Below, piece by piece: positions 1 through 9,911 of a stretch of 64,000 nt of DNA. The stretch lies in the NCBI GenBank assembly GCA_045597145.1, contig JAZODU010000018.1, positions 24,894-88,893 of the forward strand. The letters are read 5' to 3'. A model generated the notes under the pieces. It did no database searches and was not told where the DNA came from. It saw only the letters and a list, made by a program, of their open reading frames with translations. Origin of the DNA: Eubacteriales bacterium (lineage in GTDB: Bacteria; Bacillota; Clostridia; Oscillospirales; CAG-272). The position numbers and the translations under genes are program-made. Positions within the stretch are counted from its first letter, which is position 1; the number at the start of each line of letters is the position of its first letter.

Positions 1-2535
1 CGTCGTGGTTCCGCCATCGTCGCCACCTTCGCCGCCTTCACCGCCGAGCGCAACGTATTGGATCTTGTCGCCGCTCTTGAGAAGGTACGTTGACTGCACG
101 GTGTTACCGTTGACGGTCCAATAGCCTCTCATGTCAGCCGTATCGTCGTAGCTCATGTCGTACTGCTTCAGCGCGCGGTTCACTGCGTCGCGGAGCGTGC
201 TGCCCTCGTTGAGCGAGAGCATAACAGTCGGCACTGCGGTCCCATCCTTGATCAGCGCGGAAAAGTCAATGCTCACGATGAACATGACCTCGGGCTTGGG
301 CGTGGTGCTGTCAAACAGTGCCTCAAAGCCGCTATCCTCGGGAATAAAGGAGAAGCGGAATTCCAGATAGCCGCCGTCCGTGATCACGGTGCTCTTGGTG
401 CAGAGCTTGTTTTCAAAATACCAGCTACCGCACTTGGAAAGGTTGTTGTAATCCCAACCGTCGAAGAATGTGTCGGACAAATACAGCTGATAGAATTTAT
501 CAAGCGTGTATCCGTCCTTCGCAAACCAAACGGTTTCTTCCTTGAACTGATCCTCAAAGCGGAAGCCGAGCTTAATGGAGAAATCAAAATCCTCGGGATC
601 GTCGCCAAAAGCGAAATCGAACGTGGGGAACGGGCTCTCCTGCAGCCATCTGAAATAGCCGTCTGCTGGGATAAGGCTGTCGCCGCTGATCTCTCGGTCG
701 TCGGAGTCAAGGAAGCGACCGTACTGTGCGTAGTATTCGAAGCAATAGCCGTAATCCTCAAACGCCTCGCGCACGGTAACGCCCGGAAGCGCCCAGAAGC
801 CGATGTAATCCGCGCTGCCGTCAAGATAGCTCAAGCAGACCTGCGCGTCAACGGTTTCATACATGTTTTCCGCAAACACGTCCTCGTATTCCTCGGGAAT
901 CCCGTACCAATAGATATTTACCACGCTGTCGGGATAAATCTTTGTTTCTTTTGCATCCGCGAGATCAAAAACGCGAGCGTCGTCGATCATAAGCAAGAGG
1001 TGGTTCTCGTTTAAAGCCTTGTCGAGATCGATGCCAAAGATATGGCTGAAATAATTCTCGTAAAGCTCCGCCGCCGTTGTTCCCGTCGTAGAAAGCTTGA
1101 TGTCGAAGGGATACACAAGCAACTCGTGCGTGGTGACCATGCCCTTGATGCCCGTGCCCCACTCGTTGGAGTTATTCAGCCCGTTCTGGCGGAACATCAC
1201 GCTCTCGCCGCCACGGAGCATATAGTCACCGCTGCTCACGTCCTCACCGTCCACGCGCCACTTTCCGTTCCGCAGCATTTTGTCAAAGTCAAGCTCCATA
1301 TACAAAGCCAAAAACTCGGAAAGCGAGATATTCTCGTAAACATCGCGCGAATAGCTTTCGAACGTGTTGTCTGTATACAAAAGAATCACGCTTACGGTTT
1401 CATTGACGTCGGGGTTCGGCTTGGTGTTGGAATCAAAATCCGTGCCGGTCACGTCGATGTAAACGTGGTCACCGTTCTTGACGGCATAGGTCGTGGATTT
1501 GATCGGCGCGCCGTTGACATTGACCGTAACGTCCTTCGCCAAAAGCTGATTCATGTCAAAGCCCGCGATGTAAACGATCGACGAAAGGGATTCCGTTCCG
1601 CTACTCGCCGTCACAAAGTGACGGTGGGTGCTCGAGCCGTCCGAGGTCACGACCTCGACCAGCACGTATTCGTCCGAATCCCCGGGATTCGGGTCCGGAC
1701 CAACGGGATCATCCTCCTCGCCGGGAAGCCTGCGCATGGAAAGGGTGATCACGTCGCGGTTCTCCAGCACGCTTGCCGCGCCGTTGATCCCCAGCATTTC
1801 ACCGTTGAGATACCACGAGCCATACGCAAGAATCTCGGTATAGCTCATGCCGCCAAGAGGTCCGTCCAGATAATCGCGAATCAGAGCCTCCAAGGTGATG
1901 CTCTGTGCGTTGACTGCGATAACAACCTCGTCCTCCTCGCCGCGATAAGAAATTTTGAAGCCGATCTTGATCTCGCCGGCAGCGCCGTAGCCGTTCTGAC
2001 CGGGTGTGGGCGTGACATCCTCACCCCATATCTGATCGGGGTTTTCAAAATCAACGGTGCCGTCCACCGTGCCGCCGCTGCCGCCCATTGCCTCGGGAAG
2101 CGTGTGGAGCTTGAGGTGCAGCGTGTCGCCGTTGCGAAGCGTCACGAGAATATCGTTGACGCTCATGACCTCGCCGTTAAGCTCCCATACGCCGTACGGG
2201 AAGAGCTCGGCAAACGCCATGTTGCCAAGCGGGCTCTTCAAAAAGTCACGCACGAACGCTTCCACAGTTGCACTGCTTGCGTTCACCGTAACCGTTGCCG
2301 TTTCGGTTTCCCCTGCATACGTCGCCTTGAAGGTAATCTTGATCTTACCCTCGCCGCCGTATCCGTTTTGTCCGGGTGTGACCTTGATATCGTCACCCCA
2401 TGCGTTGTCGGGATCGTCGGCACTGTCTTGCTTACCGCTACCCGAGTTCATGTCGCATGCGCTCATCGTAAAGACCATGGAAAAGATCATTACGAACGCG
2501 ATGCACGCCATCAGTAATCTTTTGATGTGTTTCAT
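1..2535 (-). CDS. Large secreted lipoprotein with internally repeated modules (3' end outside the window)
   Basis: Absent from the ORF track because it runs off the window edge. The reverse-strand frame is open from 2535 to base 1 (845 codons; I hand-translated several stretches). ATG at 2535..2533 gives MKHIKRLLMACIAFVMIFSMVFTMSAC/DMNSGSG, a signal peptide plus lipobox Cys. The mature part repeats modules of about 100 aa, e.g. VTPGQNGYGGEGKIKITFKATY...WELNGEV and TPTPGQNGYGAAGEIKIGFKISY...WYLNGEM. Confidence 0.75.
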   Translation of the reverse strand, partial: MKHIKRLLMACIAFVMIFSMVFTMSACDMNSGSGKQDSADDPDNAWGDDIKVTPGQNGYGGEGKIKITFKATYAGETETATVTVNASSATVEAFVRDFLKSPLGNMAFAELFPYGVWELNGEVMSVNDILVTLRNGDTLHLKLHTLPEAMGGSGGTVDGTVDFENPDQIWGEDVTPTPGQNGYGAAGEIKIGFKISYRGEEDEVVIAVNAQSITLEALIRDYLDGPLGGMSYTEILAYGSWYLNGEMLGINGAASVLENRDVITLSMRRLPGEEDDPVGPDPNPGDSDEYVLVEVVTSDGSSTHRHFVTASSGTESLSSIVYIAGFDMNQLLAKDVTVNVNGAPIKSTTYAVKNGDHVYIDVTGTDFDSNTKPNPDVNETVSVILLYTDNTFESYSRDVYENISLSEFLALYMELDFDKMLRNGKWRVDGEDVSSGDYMLRGGESVMFRQNGLNNSNEWGTGIKGMVTTHELLVYPFDIKLSTTGTTAAELYENYFSHIFGIDLDKALNENHLLLMIDDARVFDLADAKETKIYPDSVVNIYWYGIPEEYEDVFAENMYETVDAQVCLSYLDGSADYIGFWALPGVTVREAFEDYGYCFEYYAQYGRFLDSDDREISGDSLIPADGYFRWLQESPFPTFDFAFGDDPEDFDFSIKLGFRFEDQFKEETVWFAKDGYTLDKFYQLYLSDTFFDGWDYNNLSKCGSWYFENKLCTKSTVITDGGYLEFRFSFIPEDSGFEALFDSTTPKPEVMFIVSIDFSALIKDGTAVPTVMLSLNEGSTLRDAVNRALKQYDMSYDDTADMRGYWTVNGNTVQSTYLLKSGDKIQYVALGGEGGEGGDDGGTTT

Positions 2536-2635
2536 ATCATCAGATTCCTTTCGTTCTTTTTCGGAAAAGGATAATTTTCCATTTTTATTATATCATACAA
2601 TTTCCCTTTTTGCAACACTTTTAGAATTTTTTAAA

Positions 2636-2668
2636 CGACAAAAGCCGCGCACCGAGGTGCGCGGCTTG
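2636..2668 (-). terminator. Rho-independent terminator downstream of ppdK
   Basis: The minus strand reads GCCGCGCACC-TCGG-GGTGCGCGGC followed by TTTTGTCGTTT, just after the ppdK stop at 2685. Confidence 0.6.
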
Positions 2669-2684
2669 ATTTGTTCGGTTTATC

Positions 2685-5309
2685 TTACTTCTTGAGAGCA
2701 GCCTGTGCAGCAGCCAGACGTGCGATCGGTACTCTGAAGGGAGAGCAGGATACGTAGTCAAGGCCGATCTGGTGGCAGAACTCAACGGACGTGGGGTCAC
2801 CGCCGTGCTCGCCGCAGATACCAACGTGGAGGTTGGAGTTTACGGGACGGCCGAGGGTTACTGCCATGTTCATCAGCTTGCCGACACCGGTCTGGTCAAG
2901 CTTTGCAAAGGGATCGTTCTCGAAGATCTTTGCATCGTAGTATGCGCCCAGGAACTTACCTGCGTCATCACGGGAGAAGCCGTAGGTCATCTGGGTCAGG
3001 TCGTTGGTACCGAAGCAGAAGAAGTCTGCGTTAGCAGCGATCTCGTCTGCGGTCAGGCACGCACGAGGAATCTCGATCATCGTACCAACCTCGTACTCAA
3101 GCTTAGCACCTGCAGCAGCGATCTCTGCGTCTGCGGTTTCAACGACAACAGACTTGACGTACTTCAGCTCCTTCACGTCGCCAACCAGCGGGATCATGAT
3201 CTCGGGCTTGACATTCCAATCGGGATGAGCCTTCTGAACGTTGATTGCCGCACGGATGACAGCGGTGGTCTGCATCTTTGCGATTTCGGGATAGGTGACT
3301 GCCAGACGGCATCCGCGGTGACCCATCATGGGGTTGAACTCGTGGAGAGAAGCGATGATCGCCTTGATCGCATCAACGCTCTTGCCCTGTGCCTTTGCCA
3401 GAGCTGCGATGTCCTCCTCGGTGGTAGGAACGAACTCGTGGAGAGGGGGATCCAGCAAACGGATGCAAACGGGATTGCCCTCGAGAGCCTCGTAAAGCTT
3501 CTCGAAGTCGCCCTTCTGGTAAGGAAGAATCTTAGCAAGAGCTGCTTCTCTTTCCTCAGCGGTGTCGGAGCAGATCATTTCACGGAATGCCGCGATTCTG
3601 TCTGCCTCGAAGAACATATGCTCGGTACGGCACAGACCGATACCCTCAGCACCCAGCTCGCGAGCCTTCTTTGCGTCTGCGGGAGTATCTGCGTTGGTGC
3701 GGACCTTCAGCGTACGGAACTCGTCAGCCCAACCCATGATGGTGCCGAAGTTTCCGGAGATCTCTGCGTCAACGGTGGGGAACAGACCGTCGTAAATATT
3801 ACCCGTGGAGCCGTCGATGGAGATGCAATCGCCCTCGTGGTAGGACATGCCTGCCAGCGTGAACTGCTTGTTCTCCTCGTCCATTGCGATCTCGCCGCAA
3901 CCGGATACGCAGCACTTACCCATGCCGCGTGCAACGACTGCTGCGTGAGAGGTCATACCGCCGCGAACGGTCAGGATACCCTGTGCAGCCTTCATACCCG
4001 TGATGTCCTCGGGAGAGGTTTCAAGACGAACGAGAACGACCTTCTTGCCTGCATTCTTCCAAGCCTCAGCGTCCTCTGCGGAGAATACGACCTGACCGCA
4101 AGCGGCGCCGGGGGATGCACCCAGACCGCGACCGATGGGCTTCGCTGCCTTGAGTGCCTTTGCATCGAACTGAGGATGCAGGAGGGTGTCAAGGTTTCTG
4201 GGGTCGATCATCAGAACTGCCTCTTCCTTGGTCTTGTGACCTTCAGCAACGAGATCTACTGCGATCTGAAGAGCTGCGGGAGCGGTTCTCTTACCGTTAC
4301 GGGTCTGGAGCATATAGAGCTTCTCATTCTCGATGGTGAACTCCATATCCTGCATATCGTGATAGTGGTTCTCAAGGATCTCGCAAACCTTCTTGAACTG
4401 CTCGAATGCAGCCGGGAACTTGTTTGCCATCTCCTCGATGGGCATAGGCGTACGAACGCCTGCAACGACGTCCTCACCCTGTGCGTTGGTCAGGAACTCA
4501 CCCATGAGCTTCTTCTCACCGGTTGCGGGGTCACGCGTGAACGCAACGCCGGTACCGCAGTTGTCACCCATGTTACCGAATGCCATTGCCTGTACGTTGA
4601 CAGCGGTACCCCAGGAGTAAGGAATATCGTTGTCACGTCTGTAGACGTTTGCACGGGGGTTGTCCCAAGAACGGAACACTGCCTTAACAGCGCCGATGAG
4701 CTGTACCTTAGGATCGCTGGGGAAGTTCTCGCCGATCTTTGCCTTGTACTCAGCCTTAAACTGCTCAGCCAGCTCCTGCAGGTCCTCAGCGGTCAGCTCG
4801 ACGTCGAGCTTCACGCCCTTCTCTTCCTTCATCTTGTCGATGAGCTCCTCGAAGTACTTCTTACCGACTTCCATAACGACGTCGGAGTACATCTGGATAA
4901 ATCTTCTGTAGCAGTCGTATGCCCAACGAGCATTGCCGGATTTCTTCGCCATGACCTCAACGACTTCCTCGTTCAGACCCAGGTTCAGAATGGTATCCAT
5001 CATACCGGGCATGGATGCACGTGCGCCCGAACGGACGGAAACGAGCAGGGGGTTCTCCAGATCACCGAACTTCTTGCCGGTAACCTCCTCCATCTTTACG
5101 ATATACTCCATGATCTCGGCCATGATGCCGTCGTTGATCTGTCTGCCGTCCTCGTAGTACTGGGTGCAGGCCTCGGTGGAAATCGTGAAGCCCTGGGGAA
5201 CAGGAAGACCGCTCTTGGTCATTTCAGCAAGGTTTGCGCCCTTACCGCCGAGCAGCTCACGCATGGATGCGTCGCCTTCGGAAAACAGATAGCAATACTT
5301 CTTTGCCAT
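2685..5309 (-). CDS. ppdK: Pyruvate, phosphate dikinase
   Basis: The track ORF is 2685..5402. I trimmed the start to ATG 5309 (MAKKYCYLFSEGDASMRELLGGKGANLAEM), which has a GGAGG-type RBS a few nt upstream. Full-length PPDK hallmarks are present: GGMTSHAAVVARGMGK phospho-His loop and a PEP-utilising C-terminal TIM domain ...GICGEHGGDP. Confidence 0.95.
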   Translation of the reverse strand: MAKKYCYLFSEGDASMRELLGGKGANLAEMTKSGLPVPQGFTISTEACTQYYEDGRQINDGIMAEIMEYIVKMEEVTGKKFGDLENPLLVSVRSGARASMPGMMDTILNLGLNEEVVEVMAKKSGNARWAYDCYRRFIQMYSDVVMEVGKKYFEELIDKMKEEKGVKLDVELTAEDLQELAEQFKAEYKAKIGENFPSDPKVQLIGAVKAVFRSWDNPRANVYRRDNDIPYSWGTAVNVQAMAFGNMGDNCGTGVAFTRDPATGEKKLMGEFLTNAQGEDVVAGVRTPMPIEEMANKFPAAFEQFKKVCEILENHYHDMQDMEFTIENEKLYMLQTRNGKRTAPAALQIAVDLVAEGHKTKEEAVLMIDPRNLDTLLHPQFDAKALKAAKPIGRGLGASPGAACGQVVFSAEDAEAWKNAGKKVVLVRLETSPEDITGMKAAQGILTVRGGMTSHAAVVARGMGKCCVSGCGEIAMDEENKQFTLAGMSYHEGDCISIDGSTGNIYDGLFPTVDAEISGNFGTIMGWADEFRTLKVRTNADTPADAKKARELGAEGIGLCRTEHMFFEADRIAAFREMICSDTAEEREAALAKILPYQKGDFEKLYEALEGNPVCIRLLDPPLHEFVPTTEEDIAALAKAQGKSVDAIKAIIASLHEFNPMMGHRGCRLAVTYPEIAKMQTTAVIRAAINVQKAHPDWNVKPEIMIPLVGDVKELKYVKSVVVETADAEIAAAGAKLEYEVGTMIEIPRACLTADEIAANADFFCFGTNDLTQMTYGFSRDDAGKFLGAYYDAKIFENDPFAKLDQTGVGKLMNMAVTLGRPVNSNLHVGICGEHGGDPTSVEFCHQIGLDYVSCSPFRVPIARLAAAQAALKK

Positions 5310-5513
5310 GTTTGGAATCCTCCATTTTATATGAATTTTATTTTGACATGCCGATGATCGGGCGCGGCAAAAAAAGCGTCCGTACCCTTTCGACTTTCGC
5401 ATTACGGCTTATTATACCACATTTTTTCCCATTTTTCCATAGGTTTACATCGTTAAAACATCGTCAATATTGTAAACATTTTGTGAACAAGAGCAAAATC
5501 GCACAAAATGCGT

Positions 5514-5542
5514 TTGACACCCGGGGGTTTGTATTGTATAAT
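5514..5542 (+). promoter_or_regulatory. Sigma-A type promoter for pth-mfd
   Basis: TTGACA (5514-5519), a 17-nt spacer ending in TG, then TATAAT (5537-5542), about 95 nt upstream of the pth ATG. Confidence 0.6.
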
Positions 5543-5637
5543 GTGGTAAATACGATTTTGCGGCGGACTCCGAGTGAGTCGGGCGCCCTTTTGCGTTTTC
5601 GGCTTGAAAACGCAGACAAAAGCAAGGAGAAGATCAA

Positions 5638-6285
5638 ATGGCTGACATTTTTGACCTGTTTAAAAAGATCGCAAAAAAGGAAAAGGCACCACAGTCCCCC
5701 ATCACGCACCTGATCGTGGGGCTTGGGAACCCCGGTGACAAATATTTCAATACGCGCCACAACGCGGGCTTTCTCTGCATCGACTACGTCGCGCAGACCT
5801 GCGGCGCGCGCATCGAGCGCTCCCGCTTTCACGCGCTTTGCGGCGAAGCACAGCTCGGCTCGCACCGCGTGATCCTTATGAAGCCGCAAACGATGATGAA
5901 CGCGTCGGGCACGGCAGTCGGCGAGGCGGCGACGTTTTACAAGATCGCGCCCGAGAACGTCATCGTGCTCTCGGACGACATCACGCAAGCCCCCGGCAAG
6001 CTGCGCGTGCGCCGCAAGGGGAGCGCGGGAGGCCACAATGGTCTCAAGGACATCATCGCACACCTCGGCTCGGACAATTTCCCCCGCGTGCGCATCGGCG
6101 TAGGTGAAAAGCCGCACCCCGATTACGATCTGGCGGCGTGGGTGCTGTCAGACTTTACCAAGAGCGAGCAGGAGGCACTGTTCGGCGCGTTCGGCTGCGT
6201 CCGCGAGGGGCTTGACAAGATCCTTGACGGCAAATTCGACGATGCCATGCAGCTCTGCAATTCTTACAAACCCGAGAAAGAGTAA
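5638..6285 (+). CDS. pth: Peptidyl-tRNA hydrolase
   Basis: LIVGLGNPGDKYFNTRHNAGF and GSAGGHNGLKDI motifs. AAGGAGA RBS upstream of ATG 5638. Confidence 0.95.
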   Translation: MADIFDLFKKIAKKEKAPQSPITHLIVGLGNPGDKYFNTRHNAGFLCIDYVAQTCGARIERSRFHALCGEAQLGSHRVILMKPQTMMNASGTAVGEAATFYKIAPENVIVLSDDITQAPGKLRVRRKGSAGGHNGLKDIIAHLGSDNFPRVRIGVGEKPHPDYDLAAWVLSDFTKSEQEALFGAFGCVREGLDKILDGKFDDAMQLCNSYKPEKE

Positions 6286-6288
6286 TTT

Positions 6289-9200
6289 ATGAGCCTTTTA
6301 ACCCAATGTATCCGCAGTGATCCCGAATATGCACAGCTGTTGCGCGTGGCAACACGCAATTTCCGCGACAAGCCGTTGCCGATCCTCGCCAGCGGCTTGT
6401 GTGACGGTGCGTCCGACGCGTTTCTCGTTTCTCTGGTCGAGGATACCGCGCAAACGCGTGCAGACACGCCCGCGCTGATCGTCTGTCCCGAGGAAAAGGA
6501 CTGCGTGCGTCTTCTCGGCGTGCTGGAGAGATGCGGACTGCGCGCCGCCTTCTATATGACGCGCGACCTCACGTTTTATAACATTACCGCCTCCCATGAG
6601 TACGAGCATGAGAGGCTGCGCGTGTTGTACGGGATTCTTTGCGACGACTACGACGTGATCCTGACCACGCCCGACGCAACGCTCGGCTACACCATTCCCC
6701 CGTCCCGTCTGCGCGAAGCAACGATCCGCATTGAGCAATCTACCGTGATCGAGCCGCAGGCGTTTGCAAAGCAGCTCACCGCCGCAGGCTACGTGCGCGT
6801 GGATCTGGTCGACAGCCCCGGTCAGTTTGCCCTGCGCGGCGGCATCGTGGACGTCTATCCCCCCTACGCCGCCTTCAGCGACGCTGACGGCGCGTCCAAA
6901 AACGGCACTTTTGCATTGCGTATTGAGTTTTTCGGCGACGAGATCGACCGTATGGGTCTGTTCGATCCCGAAAGCCAGCGCATGTCCGACACGGTGACGT
7001 CTGCCGCATTTCCGCCCGCGCGCGAGCTGCTCGTCACGTCCGACGTGCTGGCATCGCTGAAAAAAGCGTTGACCGCGCAGTTCAAGGTCACGCACGACGA
7101 GCGGGTGCTGGAGGAGCTGGTCAAGGAAAGCGCCGCCGTGGAGGGGGCAGCAGACGGCAGCCGCGAGCTTCATTTTCTTGACAAATATATCACGCTGGTC
7201 TACCCCGAGCGTGCTTCTCTTTTAGATTATTTCAATGCGCGCACGCTCGTCTGCATCCGCGGCACCAATGCCGTGAGCGACCGCATCAAAGCGTCGGCGT
7301 GGCATCTGGAGCAGACCGTGACCGAGCTTGTCGAGGGCGGCACGATCGCCCCCCAATACACCGATTATTCCAAATCCGCTACAGCGTTTGAGTTGTTTTG
7401 CGATGCAAACGTCACGCTTCACGCCGATTCCATCGCACACGCAGTCAGCGACAAGCGCCTTTCGGGCTTGTTCGGCTTCCGCACACGTCACACGGTGACC
7501 TACGTGGAGAACGAGGAGCTGTTTCTGGAGGATCTGGGCAATTATGTGCAAAACGGCTACCGCTGTCTGGTGCTGACCGAAAACGAGGTTGCCGCACGCA
7601 CCGCCGAGCAAAAGCTGTCCGCACGCGGCTTTGTCGTGTGCCCCGAGCCTAAGACCCCCGACGGAATGGAGCGCGGAACGGTATCGGTGCTTTACCGAAA
7701 CGCCTTGGCGGGCTTTGAATTGATCGTACCCAAATTTGCGGTGCTCTCCTTGGGCACGGACGCGCACGTGGGCGCGCTTTCGCTCTCCTCCAAGAGTAGG
7801 ATCAAGAAAAAGAGGAAAAATTCAAAAAGTATTCTGTCCTATGCCGAGCTTGAGGTCGGTGATTTCGTCGTGCACGAAAATTACGGTATCGGCCGCTATA
7901 CGGGCATTGAAACTCTGACCTGCGAGGGGATCACGCGGGACTATATCGGTATCCAGTACGCAGGCAGCGACAAGCTGTTCATTTCGATCGAAAAGCTCGA
8001 CAAGGTATCCAAATATATCGGCGCGCACTCAGACGACGGACTCGTCAAGCTCTCCAAGATGGGCGGAGAGGCGTGGAAAAAGTCCAAGGCGCGCGCAAAG
8101 GGTGCGGTCAAGGACATGGCGAAGGAGCTCATCAAGCTCTACGCCGAGAGATTGCGCCGCCCCGGTCACGCCTTCCCTGCCGACGACAGCTATCAGAAGG
8201 CGTTTGAGGACGCATTCCCGTACGACGAGACAGAAAGCCAGCTTTCCGCCGCCGACGAGATCAAGGGCGACATGATGAAGGCAGTTCCCATGGATCGCCT
8301 GCTTTGCGGCGACGTGGGCTACGGCAAGACCGAGGTCGCGCTCCGCGCCGCATACAAGGCGGTGCTGGGCGGCAAGCAGGCGGCGATCCTCGTGCCCACG
8401 ACGCTTCTCGCGCTTCAGCACTACCAGACCATCGTCAGCCGCATGCGCGCCTTTGCGGTCAACGTGGATATGCTCTCGCGCTTCCGCACGACCAAGCAGC
8501 AGGCGCAAACCGTTCGGCGTCTCTCGCGCGGGGAGATCGACATCATCGTCGGCACGCATCGCCTGCTCTCCAAGGATATCAAATTCCACGATCTGGGGCT
8601 GGTGATCATCGACGAGGAGCAACGCTTCGGTGTGGCGCAAAAGGAAAAGCTCAAGCAGCTTTGCGACGGCGTGGACGTTCTCGCGCTCTCCGCAACGCCG
8701 ATCCCCCGCACGCTCAACATGGCGATGGGCGGCATCCGCGACATCTCGATCCTTGACGATGCCCCCGGCGACCGTCTGCCCGTGCAGACCTATGTCCTCG
8801 AAAAGGACGGACTCATCATCGAGGAGGCTGTGCGGCGCGAATTGCGGCGCGGCGGACAGATCTTCTATCTTTACAACAACGTAGAAAACATCAACACGGT
8901 GGCATCCCAGCTTTCCGCCGCCATTCCCGAGGCGCGCATTACCGTGGCGCACGGGAAGATGGACAAGGAGGAGCTGGAGCGCATATGGGAGGAGATGCTG
9001 CGCGGCGAGATCGACATTCTCGTGTGCACCACGATCATCGAAACCGGTGTGGACATTCCCAACGCTAACACGCTGATCGTTGAAAACGCGCACCGTCTGG
9101 GGCTTTCACAGCTGCATCAGATCCGCGGACGCATCGGTCGCTCCTCGCGCCGCGCGTATGCGTATTTCACTTTCCCGCCCTTTAAATCCATCCCCGAGAT

Positions 9201-9855
9201 CGCACAAAAGCGGCTCGAGGCGATCCGCGAATACGCCGAGTTCGGTGCGGGCTTTAAGATCGCCCTGCGCGACATGGAGATCCGCGGTGCGGGCAACATT
9301 CTCGGCGCGGAGCAGCACGGACACCTTGACGCGATCGGATACGATCTTTATATCAAGCTGCTCAATCGCGCGGTACTGGAGGAAAAGGGCGAGGCGGAGG
9401 CACCCGAGGTCGAATGTACGGTTTCCCTGCAATTCGACGCGTATCTGCCCGAAAAATACGTCCCCTACCCCGCACAGCGCATGGCACTTTACAAAAAGAT
9501 CGCACTCATTGCCACAAACGAGGATCTGTCGGACATCACCGACGAATTGGTCGACCGCTTCGGCGAGCCGCCCGTCCCCACACAAAACCTCTTGCAGATC
9601 GCCTTGATCCACAATATTGCCGTCAAATGCGGCATCACGTCGATCAAGCAGGATGCCTCGGGCATTCACATCACGCCCGAGCGGCTGGACTTTGACGTAT
9701 GGTCCGAGCTTGCCACGCTCTACCCCGGTCGCTTGCGCATGGTGATGGCGGGCGAGGCGCGCATCTGTCTGCGATTGCAAAAGGAGGACGATCCGCTCCC
9801 CTTCATTCACAAAATGTTTGAAAAATATATGGAAATCCGTCACCAAAACGGGTAG
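6289..9855 (+). CDS. mfd: Transcription-repair coupling factor
   Basis: 1188 aa. Has a CarD-like segment (GDFVVHENYGIGRY), an SF2 helicase core (GDVGYGKTEVA, DEEQRFGV) and a TRCF C-terminal domain. The pth-mfd order is conserved. Confidence 0.95.
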   Translation: MSLLTQCIRSDPEYAQLLRVATRNFRDKPLPILASGLCDGASDAFLVSLVEDTAQTRADTPALIVCPEEKDCVRLLGVLERCGLRAAFYMTRDLTFYNITASHEYEHERLRVLYGILCDDYDVILTTPDATLGYTIPPSRLREATIRIEQSTVIEPQAFAKQLTAAGYVRVDLVDSPGQFALRGGIVDVYPPYAAFSDADGASKNGTFALRIEFFGDEIDRMGLFDPESQRMSDTVTSAAFPPARELLVTSDVLASLKKALTAQFKVTHDERVLEELVKESAAVEGAADGSRELHFLDKYITLVYPERASLLDYFNARTLVCIRGTNAVSDRIKASAWHLEQTVTELVEGGTIAPQYTDYSKSATAFELFCDANVTLHADSIAHAVSDKRLSGLFGFRTRHTVTYVENEELFLEDLGNYVQNGYRCLVLTENEVAARTAEQKLSARGFVVCPEPKTPDGMERGTVSVLYRNALAGFELIVPKFAVLSLGTDAHVGALSLSSKSRIKKKRKNSKSILSYAELEVGDFVVHENYGIGRYTGIETLTCEGITRDYIGIQYAGSDKLFISIEKLDKVSKYIGAHSDDGLVKLSKMGGEAWKKSKARAKGAVKDMAKELIKLYAERLRRPGHAFPADDSYQKAFEDAFPYDETESQLSAADEIKGDMMKAVPMDRLLCGDVGYGKTEVALRAAYKAVLGGKQAAILVPTTLLALQHYQTIVSRMRAFAVNVDMLSRFRTTKQQAQTVRRLSRGEIDIIVGTHRLLSKDIKFHDLGLVIIDEEQRFGVAQKEKLKQLCDGVDVLALSATPIPRTLNMAMGGIRDISILDDAPGDRLPVQTYVLEKDGLIIEEAVRRELRRGGQIFYLYNNVENINTVASQLSAAIPEARITVAHGKMDKEELERIWEEMLRGEIDILVCTTIIETGVDIPNANTLIVENAHRLGLSQLHQIRGRIGRSSRRAYAYFTFPPFKSIPEIAQKRLEAIREYAEFGAGFKIALRDMEIRGAGNILGAEQHGHLDAIGYDLYIKLLNRAVLEEKGEAEAPEVECTVSLQFDAYLPEKYVPYPAQRMALYKKIALIATNEDLSDITDELVDRFGEPPVPTQNLLQIALIHNIAVKCGITSIKQDASGIHITPERLDFDVWSELATLYPGRLRMVMAGEARICLRLQKEDDPLPFIHKMFEKYMEIRHQNG

Positions 9856-9911
9856 ACAAACACAAAAAACTGCGTTATAATAAAGTATCCGCAAAAGAAA
9901 GGACGACCTTT

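Noticed and set aside
2772-5357. 861-aa plus-strand ORF covering almost all of ppdK.
   Set aside because: It is the antisense shadow of ppdK. Its low-complexity Leu/Val/Gly/Asp composition has no motifs and no RBS, and the minus strand carries an unmistakable PPDK. The same applies to the small ORFs nested in 3004-5157.
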